A stretch of DNA of 64,000 nt from a bacterium (GTDB lineage Bacteria; Chloroflexota; Dormibacteria; Aeolococcales; Bog-877), in NCBI GenBank assembly GCA_021801645.1, contig JAJYXT010000036.1:5396-69395 (forward strand). The letters run 5' to 3'. The position numbers were made by a program, and so were the translations under genes. The notes under the pieces were generated by a model. It saw only the letters and a program-made list of their open reading frames with translations. It searched no databases and had not been told where the DNA came from. This document shows, piece after piece, positions 33,878 to 42,602 of the stretch (positions are counted from its first letter, which is position 1; each line of letters opens with the position of its first letter).

Positions 33878-34268
33878 TCCGGTTCGGGAACCGAGGGGTC
33901 CGGGGATTCCCTGGGGCGGGCGCATGTGACGCCCGGATATAAGCAGGTTCCATCCCCTTTCGCGGTCTGGACCGTCTTCTTGGTGCCGGGGGCGAAGCTT
34001 CTGGCCTGGCTGTTGGCGGACTCGTAGGCTCCGGGACAGACGTAGTACTCACTGGTTCAGTGCAAAGGGTTGCGAGGCGTCGGCTTTGGGCCCCTTCAAC
34101 AGCCCACCAACGGCGGCTCTCGTGTTAAGCCAGGCTTGGTGCGAAGTGGATAGCCGCCGTGATCCCCCTGCCGGTCCAGCTTGCCCTAAGTGTGGTGCTG
34201 GGGCGTTTCAGCGGGGGCAGGCGGGGCGCAGAGCAGCGGCTCATCCTCGATGTAACGTCGCCGGGATA

Positions 34269-34664
34269 TCACCGTGGGCTCTCTCTCCGGCCGAGCATCT
34301 CGTCGAGTTCGGGATCGGGGCCAAACGCCCTGACTTCCTGTGGGCAACGGCATGCGACTGCAATCTTCCTGGCCCATTCGAGCGCTTCATGGTGGTTGGG
34401 AACATCGACGATCATCGCTCCCCCGATTGCCTCCGGGTGCGGGCCATCGGTCACGGTTCCATCGGGGCCAACGATGCTCGCTCTCCGGTTGGCAAGCCCT
34501 CCGCTGATCACGTAGACGCCGGCGCCCAGAGCCTCCTCGACCACGCCGTGCGCTGCCGCCGCCACAGAGGGCATGTCCTCTTCGGGAATGTGGTCCATTG
34601 CCTTCGCGTTGAAGGAGATCAGATACCTCGTCACCTCAAGAGCCTCCTCAACCGTCCGGTCCAC
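34269..34664 (-). CDS. YciI-family (DGPF-domain) protein
   Basis: 131-aa ORF with YLISFNAKAMDHIPEEDMPSV..GVYVISGGL...DGPHPE..IGGAMIVDVPNHHEALEWARKIAVACRCPQEVRAF. GTG at 34634 (VTRYLISF) is a plausible alternative start. Confidence 0.8.
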   Translation of the reverse strand: MDRTVEEALEVTRYLISFNAKAMDHIPEEDMPSVAAAAHGVVEEALGAGVYVISGGLANRRASIVGPDGTVTDGPHPEAIGGAMIVDVPNHHEALEWARKIAVACRCPQEVRAFGPDPELDEMLGRRESPR

Positions 34665-35054
34665 CGCGTGCCAAGGGTGCCCTAGCGGAAGCTGCTCGTC
34701 CGGCTCGGAGTCCGACCCATCCGGGTGCGCGGCGGGTGCAGGGCCGACTCACTTTGAAGTCCCGTGGGGCCTAATCACGTGCACCGCTCCGGTCTCCCCT
34801 CCTCAAGGCAAGAAGGAGATTCACTCTCCGAATCATGACTCGCTGCGGCCGACCTCGTCACGGTGTCGTGCTCAGGCAGTGGCATCCCGAGAATCGGCGT
34901 GGCCCGACTCCCTGGGTACCTGCCGCGGTCCTGGGGTCAAGCACAGGGAGCTGCCAAAGCAAGGTTCCCGGGCGCGAGCGAACGACTACCGCTGATGGGC
35001 GGCGTATGGGGCGCCAGAGTTCTTGCTGGAGTCATGCCCGCCACCTGTCTTGGG

Positions 35055-35978
35055 CTACTCACCTGCACAGGGCCTCCGGCCGGCCACGAGATACATCAGC
35101 TGTCCGCCACTCGACCAGAACGTCTCGCCCTGAATCGCGGCAAGTTCGGTTCGCGCTGCCCGGGCCCTGCTCGACCAGGCTTCTTCGAACGCCGCCCCGC
35201 TGCCGCCTCCGGCGAGAAAGTACTTACGAGCGTCCTCCCTGCTCCAGGGATAGCGCTCCTCCGCGGCCGCCCCTGCGACGGCTTCGATCAGGGCACTCTG
35301 CTCCGGGGAGGAGTAGGGCGGCCACAGCGGGGAGGCCTTATCCGAGAGGTAGCACCCCACGAGCTGGAGACCCACCTCTGCGAAGTAGCCCGGCAGGAGG
35401 TCACCAACGGAGTTGTCGCCCTCCCCGAGCTTGATCTTCCCGGCTTCACAAGTGGCGTAGAAGCGGATCAGTGCTGCCAGTGCTCCCGGGTCGTCCTGGT
35501 ACGAGACGCTCGAGCGAACGAGCTGACCCGCCAGGTTGTTCGGCTCTGCCACGAGCACTGTTCCGCCGGGACGAACAACCCGGCACATCTCGCGCAGGAC
35601 CTCCGCGACCTGGGGCACGTGGATCAGGACTGTCTGGCACGTGACGAGGTCAAAGTGCGCGTCCGGGTAGGGGAGCTGCTCTGCCCTTCCCTGGTGGACG
35701 GAGGTCGCAATGGGCGGCCGCCGATCGGCATCGACTAGGCGCGCCTGCCTCACCCATGAGCCTTCAGCATCAATGCCCGTCACCTCCGAGACCGCTGGGA
35801 GGACCCGGGTGAGCACCCGAGACCAGTGCCCCAACCCGCACCCCACGTCCAAGACCGACCGCGTCCCGACCAGGGCAAGGCGCTCGACGATCAAGCCAAG
35901 GAAGTCCTCGTTCCACCAGAAGTCGCGCTGGGTACCGAAGAAGGGCGCCGAGTGGCCAGATGCGCTATCGGTGGTCAT
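35055..35978 (-). CDS. Class I SAM-dependent methyltransferase
   Basis: 307-aa ORF with motif I SVLDVGCGLGHWS and motif post-I/II ...FDLVTCQTVLIHV...VVRPGGTVLVAEP. Confidence 0.8.
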   Translation of the reverse strand: MTTDSASGHSAPFFGTQRDFWWNEDFLGLIVERLALVGTRSVLDVGCGLGHWSRVLTRVLPAVSEVTGIDAEGSWVRQARLVDADRRPPIATSVHQGRAEQLPYPDAHFDLVTCQTVLIHVPQVAEVLREMCRVVRPGGTVLVAEPNNLAGQLVRSSVSYQDDPGALAALIRFYATCEAGKIKLGEGDNSVGDLLPGYFAEVGLQLVGCYLSDKASPLWPPYSSPEQSALIEAVAGAAAEERYPWSREDARKYFLAGGGSGAAFEEAWSSRARAARTELAAIQGETFWSSGGQLMYLVAGRRPCAGE

Positions 35979-36398
35979 TGTGGAGCCTCACTCGCTGTGG
36001 AAAGTCTCTGCGGCGCGGAGGATGACGCCCCGGCGCCGGAAGAGTCGCGGCACGCAGGTGGCGGCCGCGAGACCTTCATGTGGGGCGTCGCCGTCTCGCG
36101 CGCTATGGGGCTGGCGGGAAGGGGCCGAGTTTGCCCGGCAACGGAGCCGAAACCCATTCTAACTTTCGCCAAACGGCGGCAGGCGCAGCAGCCGACATAG
36201 TCAGAGCGTGGCGCCCGCCGCAATTCTGGTCATGGCCGGTGGCTGCCGTCAGCGTCCCCCAGGTGGGACCGTGCTCGAGCCGTCCCGGGCCGGCATCGTC
36301 GCGTAGCATCTCCGCCCAGTAGCTCGCAACTTCCTCCGAGCGCCAGCGGCACCGTCAGGCTGGCCAGGGCGGGCCCAAGGGGGACCGTGTCGCTGTAG

Positions 36399-36475
36399 TG
36401 GTCGGGGAGACAGGACTCGAACCTGCGACCCCCAGTCCCCCAGACTGGTGCGCTAACCATCTGCGCCACTCCCCG
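36399..36475 (-). tRNA. tRNA-Pro (anticodon GGG), CCA encoded
   Basis: Reverse complement is CGGGGAGTGGCGCAGATGGTTAGCGCACCAGTCTGGGGGACTGGGGGTCGCAGGTTCGAGTCCTGTCTCCCCGACCA. The acceptor stem CGGGGAG/CTCCCCG has C1:G72, typical of bacterial tRNA-Pro. The anticodon loop is CTGGGGG. Confidence 0.92.
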
Positions 36476-36503
36476 CCGAACTCAGTGAGCATAACAAAAC
36501 ACC

Positions 36504-36509
36504 TATAAT
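36504..36509 (+). promoter_or_regulatory. Perfect TATAAT -10 hexamer upstream of the zinc-ribbon ORF and pyrF
   Basis: It lies in the AT-richest patch of the window (ATAACAAAACACCTATAATCACC), about 35 nt before the ATG at 36544, with GAGGAGG at 36530..36536. I saw no clear -35. Confidence 0.4.
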
Positions 36510-36543
36510 CACCCCCGGACACCGAAGCTGAGGAGGCCCGGCC

Positions 36544-36738
36544 ATGCCCTGGATGCGACGCTGCGCCAACTGCGGCCGGGAGTTCCCGATCTACCGGCTG
36601 GCCGCGGTGCTCTTGGACGGGGAGATCAGCTCGCTGTGCTCTGGCTGCATGCAGTCGGAGCATGACCGGATTCAGATCCCGTACGCCCCCCAGGCCCCGG
36701 GGGCAGCCCAGACCAGCACCTCCCGGACTTCGTGGTAG
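36544..36738 (+). CDS. Small zinc-ribbon protein (CxxC...CxxC), hypothetical
   Basis: 64-aa ORF, MPWMRRCANCGREFPIYRL...SSLCSGCMQSEH. A strong SD (GAGGAGG) sits 7 nt upstream. The stop overlaps the pyrF GTG by 7 nt. Confidence 0.6.
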   Translation: MPWMRRCANCGREFPIYRLAAVLLDGEISSLCSGCMQSEHDRIQIPYAPQAPGAAQTSTSRTSW

Positions 36739-37568
36739 GAGGATCCCGGGAACCGTTCCGAGACCGGCTGGCTGCCTCGACGTCCCGGCTGTGCATCGGC
36801 ATCGACCCGGAGCCGGACTCCCTGCCCCCGCACCTAGGTGAGGGTGTTCCGGCGGTCCGGCGCTTCTGCCTTGAGCTGATCGAGGCCACGGCCGACCAGG
36901 CGGCCGCGTTCAAGCCCAATGCGGCCTTCTTCGAGCAGATGGGGCATGAGGGCTGGGAACTCCTTGAGGAGGTCGTTGAGGCTGCGGGCCGTAGGGCCCT
37001 GGTGGTGGTTGACGCCAAGCGAGGGGACATCGGCAGCACCGCCACCGCCTACGCCCGTGCCATCTTCGACAGCCTGGGAGCGGATGCCTGCACTGTGAAT
37101 CCGTACCTGGGAAGGGACGCGCTGCGGCCCTTCCTGGACCGCCCAGACCGCCTTGCCTTCGTGCTCTGCAGGACCAGCAATGCGGGAGCCGCGGATTTTC
37201 AGGACCTGCCGGTTGGAGCGGCCGGAGCTCCCCTGTACATCCAGGTGGCGAGGTCGGTGGCTGCGTGGGACCAGGAACCGCCGGGAGGTACTGCGGGGCT
37301 GGTGGTGGGAGCAACCTGGCCGAGAGAGCTGGGTCAGGTTCGGGCGGAGGCACCCGGCCTTCCTCTGCTCATCCCCGGGGTGGGAGCCCAGGGCGGCGAT
37401 CTGGAGGCCTGTGTCAGGGAACTCGCGGGCACCGCCGGCTCCTATCTGATCTCGGTGTCCCGAGGGGTGGCGCGCGCATCCCGCGGCCCGGACTTCGCCG
37501 AGGCGGCACTCCGATCGGCCACCTCGCTCTGCCAGCGGATCACGACAGCCGCGCAGACATCCGAGTAG
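36732..37568 (+). CDS. pyrF: Orotidine-5'-phosphate decarboxylase (type 2)
   Basis: 278 aa with LCIGIDPEPD, AAFKPNAAFFE, VVDAKRGDIGSTA and LIPGVGAQGG. Confidence 0.92.
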   Translation: MVGGSREPFRDRLAASTSRLCIGIDPEPDSLPPHLGEGVPAVRRFCLELIEATADQAAAFKPNAAFFEQMGHEGWELLEEVVEAAGRRALVVVDAKRGDIGSTATAYARAIFDSLGADACTVNPYLGRDALRPFLDRPDRLAFVLCRTSNAGAADFQDLPVGAAGAPLYIQVARSVAAWDQEPPGGTAGLVVGATWPRELGQVRAEAPGLPLLIPGVGAQGGDLEACVRELAGTAGSYLISVSRGVARASRGPDFAEAALRSATSLCQRITTAAQTSE

Positions 37569-37571
37569 GTT

Positions 37572-38306
37572 ATGCACATGCGGGCGCCCTTCACCGTCGC
37601 AGTGTTGGTGGTGGCCGCGGTGCTCGCCGGCTGCGGCACCAGCGCCCCGCGGCCGGCGGCCACTCCCCGGCCGTCGCCGAGCCCGAGCACCTCGCCCCCA
37701 CCCACTTCGCTGACCGTCATTGCTCCCGACGGGGTGAACTTCCGGACGGCGCCGAGCACCACGGCCCAAGTCATCCAGGTGATCGCTCAGGGGGTCAGCC
37801 TGCCGATCGTCTCTGAGACCTCCGCGGCAGGAGGCTGGTGGGAGGTCAGGGGCAACACCGCCACCGGCTGGGTCACCTCGAATGCGCAGGACACATCCAC
37901 CGCCTCCTTCCAGATGTACCAGTCGGGTGGCAGCGCCAACTGGTCGGTCCTCTACCCGTCCGGCTGGCAGTTCGCCCAGCTCCCGACCGGGGCGATCACC
38001 TTCAACGGTCCCGGTGGCGAGACGATCTCCGTAACCACCGGTGCCAGCACCACCCAGCTCCCCCCCGCCGCCCCCTCGGGCACCGCCACCTCAGGGGTTT
38101 CCGCGGTCGTCGTCTATGGCGTGACCACCTCGCTGGTCACCTTCGCGGCCACCAGCGGCTACCTGGGGGCGGTGGCCTTCCAGGCCTCCCCGGGGCTGGC
38201 CTTTCTGATCGTGGCCAAGGGGACGGCCGCCACCACGGGAGCTGACTTTCAGCTATTCCTGGACACCTTCAAGTTCCCGCTTCCGGCGGCAGGGGCTACT
38301 CCGTAG
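37572..38306 (+). CDS. Lipoprotein with bacterial SH3 domain
   Basis: Signal plus lipobox MHMRAPFTVAVLVVAAVLAGC. A Pro/Ser linker is followed by an SH3b-like segment, GVNFRTAPSTTAQVIQVIAQGVSLPIVSETSAAGGWWEVRGNTATGWV. Confidence 0.75.
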   Translation: MHMRAPFTVAVLVVAAVLAGCGTSAPRPAATPRPSPSPSTSPPPTSLTVIAPDGVNFRTAPSTTAQVIQVIAQGVSLPIVSETSAAGGWWEVRGNTATGWVTSNAQDTSTASFQMYQSGGSANWSVLYPSGWQFAQLPTGAITFNGPGGETISVTTGASTTQLPPAAPSGTATSGVSAVVVYGVTTSLVTFAATSGYLGAVAFQASPGLAFLIVAKGTAATTGADFQLFLDTFKFPLPAAGATP

Positions 38307-39282
38307 GCGGCAGTGAGGGCTCGAGCCGGCGCGCCAGCTCCCGGTAGGCGGCCCGGCGCGACTGGTCCACCACCTTGGTGTAGCCCTGCATGGTGTTCAG
38401 GTTGGCGTGGCCCAGCACCTCCTGGACCAGCCGGACGTTGCCGGTGATGGTCAGCAGCTCAGTGGCCGTGGTGTGACGAAGGACGTGCGGTGAGCGCAGC
38501 CCCTCCACCCCCAGCTCCCGGCGCAGGCGCCGGATCAGGTGCCGAGCGCCGGCGGCGGTGAGGCGCCGCCCGCCGCGGGCCTTTGAGCGCCGGTCGTAAT
38601 TGAGGAAGAGAGCGGCCTCCCGATCATGGCGGGCCTGCAGGTAACTGGATATGGCATCCAGGGCTGCCGGGGTCAGCTCCACCATGCGCTCCTTGGAGCC
38701 CTTTCCCCGCACCACCAGCCGGCCTTCCGGGTTGATGTCGCTGCGGTCGAGCGCCAGGGCCTCGGAGATGCGGCAGCCGGAGCTGACCAGGAAGTGGACC
38801 AGCGCACGGTCGCGCAGCTGCTCCTCCTCCGCCACCGGAAGGGACGCCAGGAGGCGCCGGGTGTCAGAGGTGCTGAGGGGCTTGGGGAGTGGAGCCGACA
38901 CCTTGGGAATATCGATGTGGGCCGCCAGCTCCTGGTCGGTCCACCCCTCCCGTTCGCAGTGGCGCAGAAAGCTCCGCAGCGCCTGCAGGCGGCGGGCCCG
39001 GGAGCTGAGCGCCAACCTGCTCTCGCCCAGGTGTCGTTGGTAGGCCCGAACCAGGTCGCGGTCGAGCTCTGAGACCAGCTCCGGTCGCCGGTTCAATCCC
39101 GACCAGAACTCGATGGCCCGCTGCAGGTCCAGGCTGTAGGCTCGCAGAGTCTGCGGGCTCCTGGCCCTGTCGACAGCCAGGTAGGTGAGGTACTCGTCAG
39201 CTGCCTGGGCGATCCGCATTTCCAGTGGGGGCTGCGGTCTGGCCTGGGTCAGGGGTGGGCGGCCCACCAGTCGGCTGGCCAC
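38296..39282 (-). CDS. XerC/XerD-family tyrosine recombinase
   Basis: 328-aa ORF. The catalytic pattern is ...SSGCRISEAL..., GKGSKER, HVLRHTTAT, LGHANL and MQGYTKV, with an N-terminal SAM-like core-binding domain (YLTYLAVDRARSPQTLRAYSLDL). ATG at 39219 is an alternative start. Confidence 0.88.
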   Translation of the reverse strand: MASRLVGRPPLTQARPQPPLEMRIAQAADEYLTYLAVDRARSPQTLRAYSLDLQRAIEFWSGLNRRPELVSELDRDLVRAYQRHLGESRLALSSRARRLQALRSFLRHCEREGWTDQELAAHIDIPKVSAPLPKPLSTSDTRRLLASLPVAEEEQLRDRALVHFLVSSGCRISEALALDRSDINPEGRLVVRGKGSKERMVELTPAALDAISSYLQARHDREAALFLNYDRRSKARGGRRLTAAGARHLIRRLRRELGVEGLRSPHVLRHTTATELLTITGNVRLVQEVLGHANLNTMQGYTKVVDQSRRAAYRELARRLEPSLPPTE

Positions 39283-40141
39283 AGGGGGGATGGTGGTGGT
39301 GGTGGTGGTGACAGCCGTCGCCGTTCACCGGACAGTGGCAGCCGGGCGGACCACCACCGTCGTGGTCATCGCCGCCGGGGCAGGGGCACCCCGGTGGGCC
39401 CTGGTCCTGGCTCCCGCACCCAGGGGATGGGGTGGGGGACGGCGGGGGCGTCGCGGTGGGTGGGGGGGAGGGGGTGCTTGGGGTGGTTGGAGTCGGCCTG
39501 GCTGGTGGTGAGGCGGTTGGCTTGGTGCTGGACACCGAAACCGGTGCCAGCGTCGCCGGAACGGATGGGGACGCCGTGGGAGTCGGGGTGGGTGCGCTGC
39601 TGGGCGTTGGCAATGATCGGGGAGTGGGCACCGGAAGCACCCGGGGGCTGGAGGCTGGAGGCGGCGCGGTCCCCAGCGACGGCGCGGGCCCGAGCGCGGC
39701 AGGAGACGAGGCGATGGTCGCGGTGAGAAGGATGGCGGCCGAGGCTGATCCGATTGAGGCCATGGCGGTCGCCGCCGCCAGCGTGGGAAGGGTGACCGCC
39801 GCCGCCCAGACTCGGGACCAGGCCGAACGCAGGCTGCCCGATGGGGGAGGAGCTGGCGGCCCTGACAGAGGGGCCACGGCGCCAAGAAAGAGGGCGGCCG
39901 TCTGGGGGACCCTGATCGCCAGCCAGGCTGCCAGGTCAGCCGGTGTCGCGAAGTCCAGAGCGGTGCGCGCGGAGAGGTCCAAGAGCACCTGCTGGGCCAC
40001 CAGGCCCGCGAGCACCGCATCTCCAACTGCGGCCTGGGACCGCTCGCGAAGCAGGGGACGAAGGACCTCGAGATCACCGGAGCCGAGCTGGGCGAACGCC
40101 GCCTTGACCTCGTCGCCCACACCGAAGTCATCGGCGAGCAT
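39197..40141 (-). CDS. Hypothetical single-pass membrane protein with Pro/Thr/Ser linker and C-terminal Cys/His-rich tail (natural His7)
   Basis: 314-aa ORF with strong third-position GC bias. Hydrophobic segment AAAVTLPTLAAATAMASIGSASAAILLTATIA. Tail GCGSQDQGPPGCPCPGGDDHDGGGPPGCHCPVNGDGCHHHHHHHPPCGQP. I recognise no family for the N-terminal ~100 aa. Confidence 0.65.
   Translation of the reverse strand: MLADDFGVGDEVKAAFAQLGSGDLEVLRPLLRERSQAAVGDAVLAGLVAQQVLLDLSARTALDFATPADLAAWLAIRVPQTAALFLGAVAPLSGPPAPPPSGSLRSAWSRVWAAAVTLPTLAAATAMASIGSASAAILLTATIASSPAALGPAPSLGTAPPPASSPRVLPVPTPRSLPTPSSAPTPTPTASPSVPATLAPVSVSSTKPTASPPARPTPTTPSTPSPPPTATPPPSPTPSPGCGSQDQGPPGCPCPGGDDHDGGGPPGCHCPVNGDGCHHHHHHHPPCGQPTGGPPTPDPGQTAAPTGNADRPGS
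39290..39310 (-). repeat. Uninterrupted trinucleotide tract (CAC)6CAT encoding His7
   Basis: The plus strand reads ATGGTGGTGGTGGTGGTGGTG. Confidence 0.9.
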
Positions 40142-40222
40142 CAGCTCCTCCCAGGCGGGCAGACCGAGACCGCCCCGGCCCAGCCCCGACGAGCGTACCC
40201 TCTGTGGCCCGCCTCCGCGCCC

Positions 40223-41368
40223 CTACACGTGATTTGCGACACCGATCCGGGCCGCGACCCAGTCGATCGCCTGGGTGAGTCGGGCGGCGTCCTCCGGGTC
40301 GACCGCGGGAAACAGCCCGATGCGCAGCTGGTTGCGTCCCAGTTTGCGGTAGCCGTCGATGTCCACGATCCCGTTCCGCCGGAGAACCCTGGAGACCTCG
40401 CCGGCTGGGACCTCAGGTGCGAGGTCTACGGTGGCCACCACCTGACTGCGCTGGTCTGGGTCCCGAACGAAGGGGGTTGCGTAGGGGGCCCGCTCGGCCC
40501 AGCCGTACACGATGCTCGCTGACTGACTGCAGCGAGCCGCTGCCCAGGGCAAGCCGCCGTGCTCAAGAATCCACTCCAGCTGCTGGACGAAGAGGAACAA
40601 GGTGGCCACAGCAGGGGTGTTGTAGGTCTGGTCCTGGCGCGAGTTCTGCAGTGCCAGGTTGAGATCGAGCGAGCTCGGAATCCAGCGTGAGGCGCTCCCG
40701 AGACGGGCTGACCGGTCGATCGCCGCGGGGGAGAGGATGGCGACCCAGAGCCCGCCATCGGCGGCGAAGCACTTCTGAGGGGCGAAGTAGTAGGCATCGA
40801 AGGAGCTCGGGTCGAGCGGCAACCCTCCCGCGGCCGACGTGCCGTCGACCAGAACCAATTGCCCGGGCAGCCCGATCCGGACGACATCGCTCTGAACGCC
40901 CGTGGATGTCTCATTGTGGGTGAGGCAATAGGCGTCCACATCCTCGGTGATGTGGGGCCGGGGGCAGGTGCCTGGAGCGCTCTCGATCACCTCAGGAGCC
41001 GCCAGGTGAGGAGCGCCCTGTACGACCTGGGCGAACTTGGACGAGAACTCTCCGAAGGCCAGGTGCTGGCTGCGGCGCTCAATCAGGCAGAGGGCTGCCA
41101 GGTCCCAGAACAGGCTTGCCCCACCGTTCCCCAGGGCGACCTCGTATCCATCCGGGACGGAGAAAAGCTCGGTGAGCCCGGAGCGTAGGCGACCCACCAG
41201 CTGCCTCACCGGGGACTGCCGGTGACTGGTGCCGAGCAGGCGAGGTGCGACCTCTGCCAGTCTGGAGACGGCTGTAGCCGGTACCTTAGAGGGGCCACAC
41301 CCGAAACGCCCGTCTTCAGGCAGCAGATCCTGTGGTATCAGCAGGTCGGCACCACTATCGGTGGCCAT
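40223..41368 (-). CDS. serC: Phosphoserine aminotransferase (actinobacterial/Mtb SerC type)
   Basis: 381 aa with DGRFGCGPSKV, LGTSHRQSPV and YYFAPQKCFAADGGLWVAILSPAA. Confidence 0.88.
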   Translation of the reverse strand: MATDSGADLLIPQDLLPEDGRFGCGPSKVPATAVSRLAEVAPRLLGTSHRQSPVRQLVGRLRSGLTELFSVPDGYEVALGNGGASLFWDLAALCLIERRSQHLAFGEFSSKFAQVVQGAPHLAAPEVIESAPGTCPRPHITEDVDAYCLTHNETSTGVQSDVVRIGLPGQLVLVDGTSAAGGLPLDPSSFDAYYFAPQKCFAADGGLWVAILSPAAIDRSARLGSASRWIPSSLDLNLALQNSRQDQTYNTPAVATLFLFVQQLEWILEHGGLPWAAARCSQSASIVYGWAERAPYATPFVRDPDQRSQVVATVDLAPEVPAGEVSRVLRRNGIVDIDGYRKLGRNQLRIGLFPAVDPEDAARLTQAIDWVAARIGVANHV

Positions 41369-41382
41369 CAGGAGGAAGTCTA

Positions 41383-42594
41383 GTGCCCTCAGGGGAAGCG
41401 GATCACCAGGCCATCTCCCGGAGGGTGGCCGCGATCTCCGAGTCGGCCACCCTGGCGCTGGACCGCAGGGTCAAGGAGCTCCGGGCCGCCGGGAACGACG
41501 TGATCTCATTCGCTGCCGGGGAGCCTGACTTCGATACCCCCCAGGTGGTGGTCGAGGCGGCGGCGCGCGCCTGCCGGGATCCGCGGCTGCATCACTACAC
41601 CCCGGCGGCCGGCCTGCCTGAGCTGCGGGAGGCCGTGGCCTCCGAGATTGGGAGACGCGACGGGTTGGAGGTCCTGCCGGAGCAGGTCCTCATCACCAAC
41701 GGCACCAAGCAGGCCGTGGCCCATGCCTTCACCCTTCTCCTTGATCCCGGGGACGAGGTGCTGGTACCGAGTCCATACTGGGTGAGTTTCCCGGAGGCGA
41801 TCGCGCTTGCGGGAGGTCGGCCGGTGCCGATCCCCACCACAGAGGCCACCGGCTTCCGGGTGACGCCCGACGATCTGGACCGGCACCTCACCCCCAGAAC
41901 CAAGGCGCTCCTGTTCGTCTCGCCCTCCAATCCCACGGGGTCGGTGTACCGGAGGGAGCAGATGCTTGCCATCGGGCGTTGGGCCGCGGACCACGGGGTG
42001 TGGGTGGTGTGCGACGAGATCTACGACCACTTCACTTATGACCGTGCGGAATTCAACTCGCTCCCGGTGGTGGTGCCGGAGCTCCAATCTCGAGCTCTTC
42101 GACTCAACGGCGTGGCCAAGGCGTACTCGATGACGGGGTGGCGGGTGGGTTGGTTGGTTGGCCCCCGGTCCACAGTCGAGGCAGCCGCCAATCTTCAGTC
42201 CCACGTCTGCGGCAATATCAGCAACATCTCCCAGCTGGCAGCCCTGGCCGCCCTGGAGAAGGCCGGCCCGGCGGTGGAGGAGATGCGGGCGGCCTTCGCC
42301 CGGCGGCGCATGGCCATGCTCGAGTACATGGACCGGGTGCCGGGATTCGAGTGCCCGGCGCCGGAGGGGGCCTTCTACCTGTTTCCCTCGGTCCGGGGTG
42401 CGCTGGGAAGGGCGATCGGCGGTCAGAAGGTGGAGACCTCTGCGGAGCTGGCCGCTGTCCTGCTGGAGCAGGCCCGGATCGCCGTGGTGCCCGGGGAGGC
42501 CTTCGGTGCCCCCGGACATGTGCGCTTCTCCTACGCGCTGGCGGACCAGGACCTGGCGGAGGGTATGGCCAGACTCCTGCGCCTCCTGGGCTGA
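41383..42594 (+). CDS. Pyridoxal-phosphate-dependent aminotransferase (aspartate aminotransferase class I)
   Basis: GTG at 41383 preceded by AGGAGGA. Sequences ISRRVAAISESATLAL, VISFAAGEPDFDTP, VSPSNPTGSVY and GVAKAYSMTGWRVGW. The track start at 41332 would overlap serC. Confidence 0.9.
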   Translation: MPSGEADHQAISRRVAAISESATLALDRRVKELRAAGNDVISFAAGEPDFDTPQVVVEAAARACRDPRLHHYTPAAGLPELREAVASEIGRRDGLEVLPEQVLITNGTKQAVAHAFTLLLDPGDEVLVPSPYWVSFPEAIALAGGRPVPIPTTEATGFRVTPDDLDRHLTPRTKALLFVSPSNPTGSVYRREQMLAIGRWAADHGVWVVCDEIYDHFTYDRAEFNSLPVVVPELQSRALRLNGVAKAYSMTGWRVGWLVGPRSTVEAAANLQSHVCGNISNISQLAALAALEKAGPAVEEMRAAFARRRMAMLEYMDRVPGFECPAPEGAFYLFPSVRGALGRAIGGQKVETSAELAAVLLEQARIAVVPGEAFGAPGHVRFSYALADQDLAEGMARLLRLLG

Positions 42595-42602
42595 TTCCCA
42601 CG

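Noticed and set aside
33880-34060. Minus-strand frame with coding-like GC3 (YYVCPGAYESANSQ...)
   Set aside because: There is no ATG, GTG or TTG between the upstream in-frame TGA and the region, and the frame runs into the antisense of der, where GC3 mirroring is expected. It is noted only as a possible gene remnant.
36399-39282. Integrative element: tRNA-Pro plus a tyrosine recombinase within 3 kb
   Set aside because: The essential pyrF and a lipoprotein gene lie between them, and they are on the 5' side of the tRNA. I found no direct repeat of the tRNA 3' end. The recombinase looks Xer-like rather than phage-integrase-like.
39432-40232. 266-aa plus-strand ORF and 268-aa alternative minus-strand frame (39325..40131)
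   Set aside because: Both overlap the better-supported ORF 39197..40141 and translate to Gly/Ala/Arg/Pro repeats. They are artefacts of the Pro/Thr/Ser-rich coding region.
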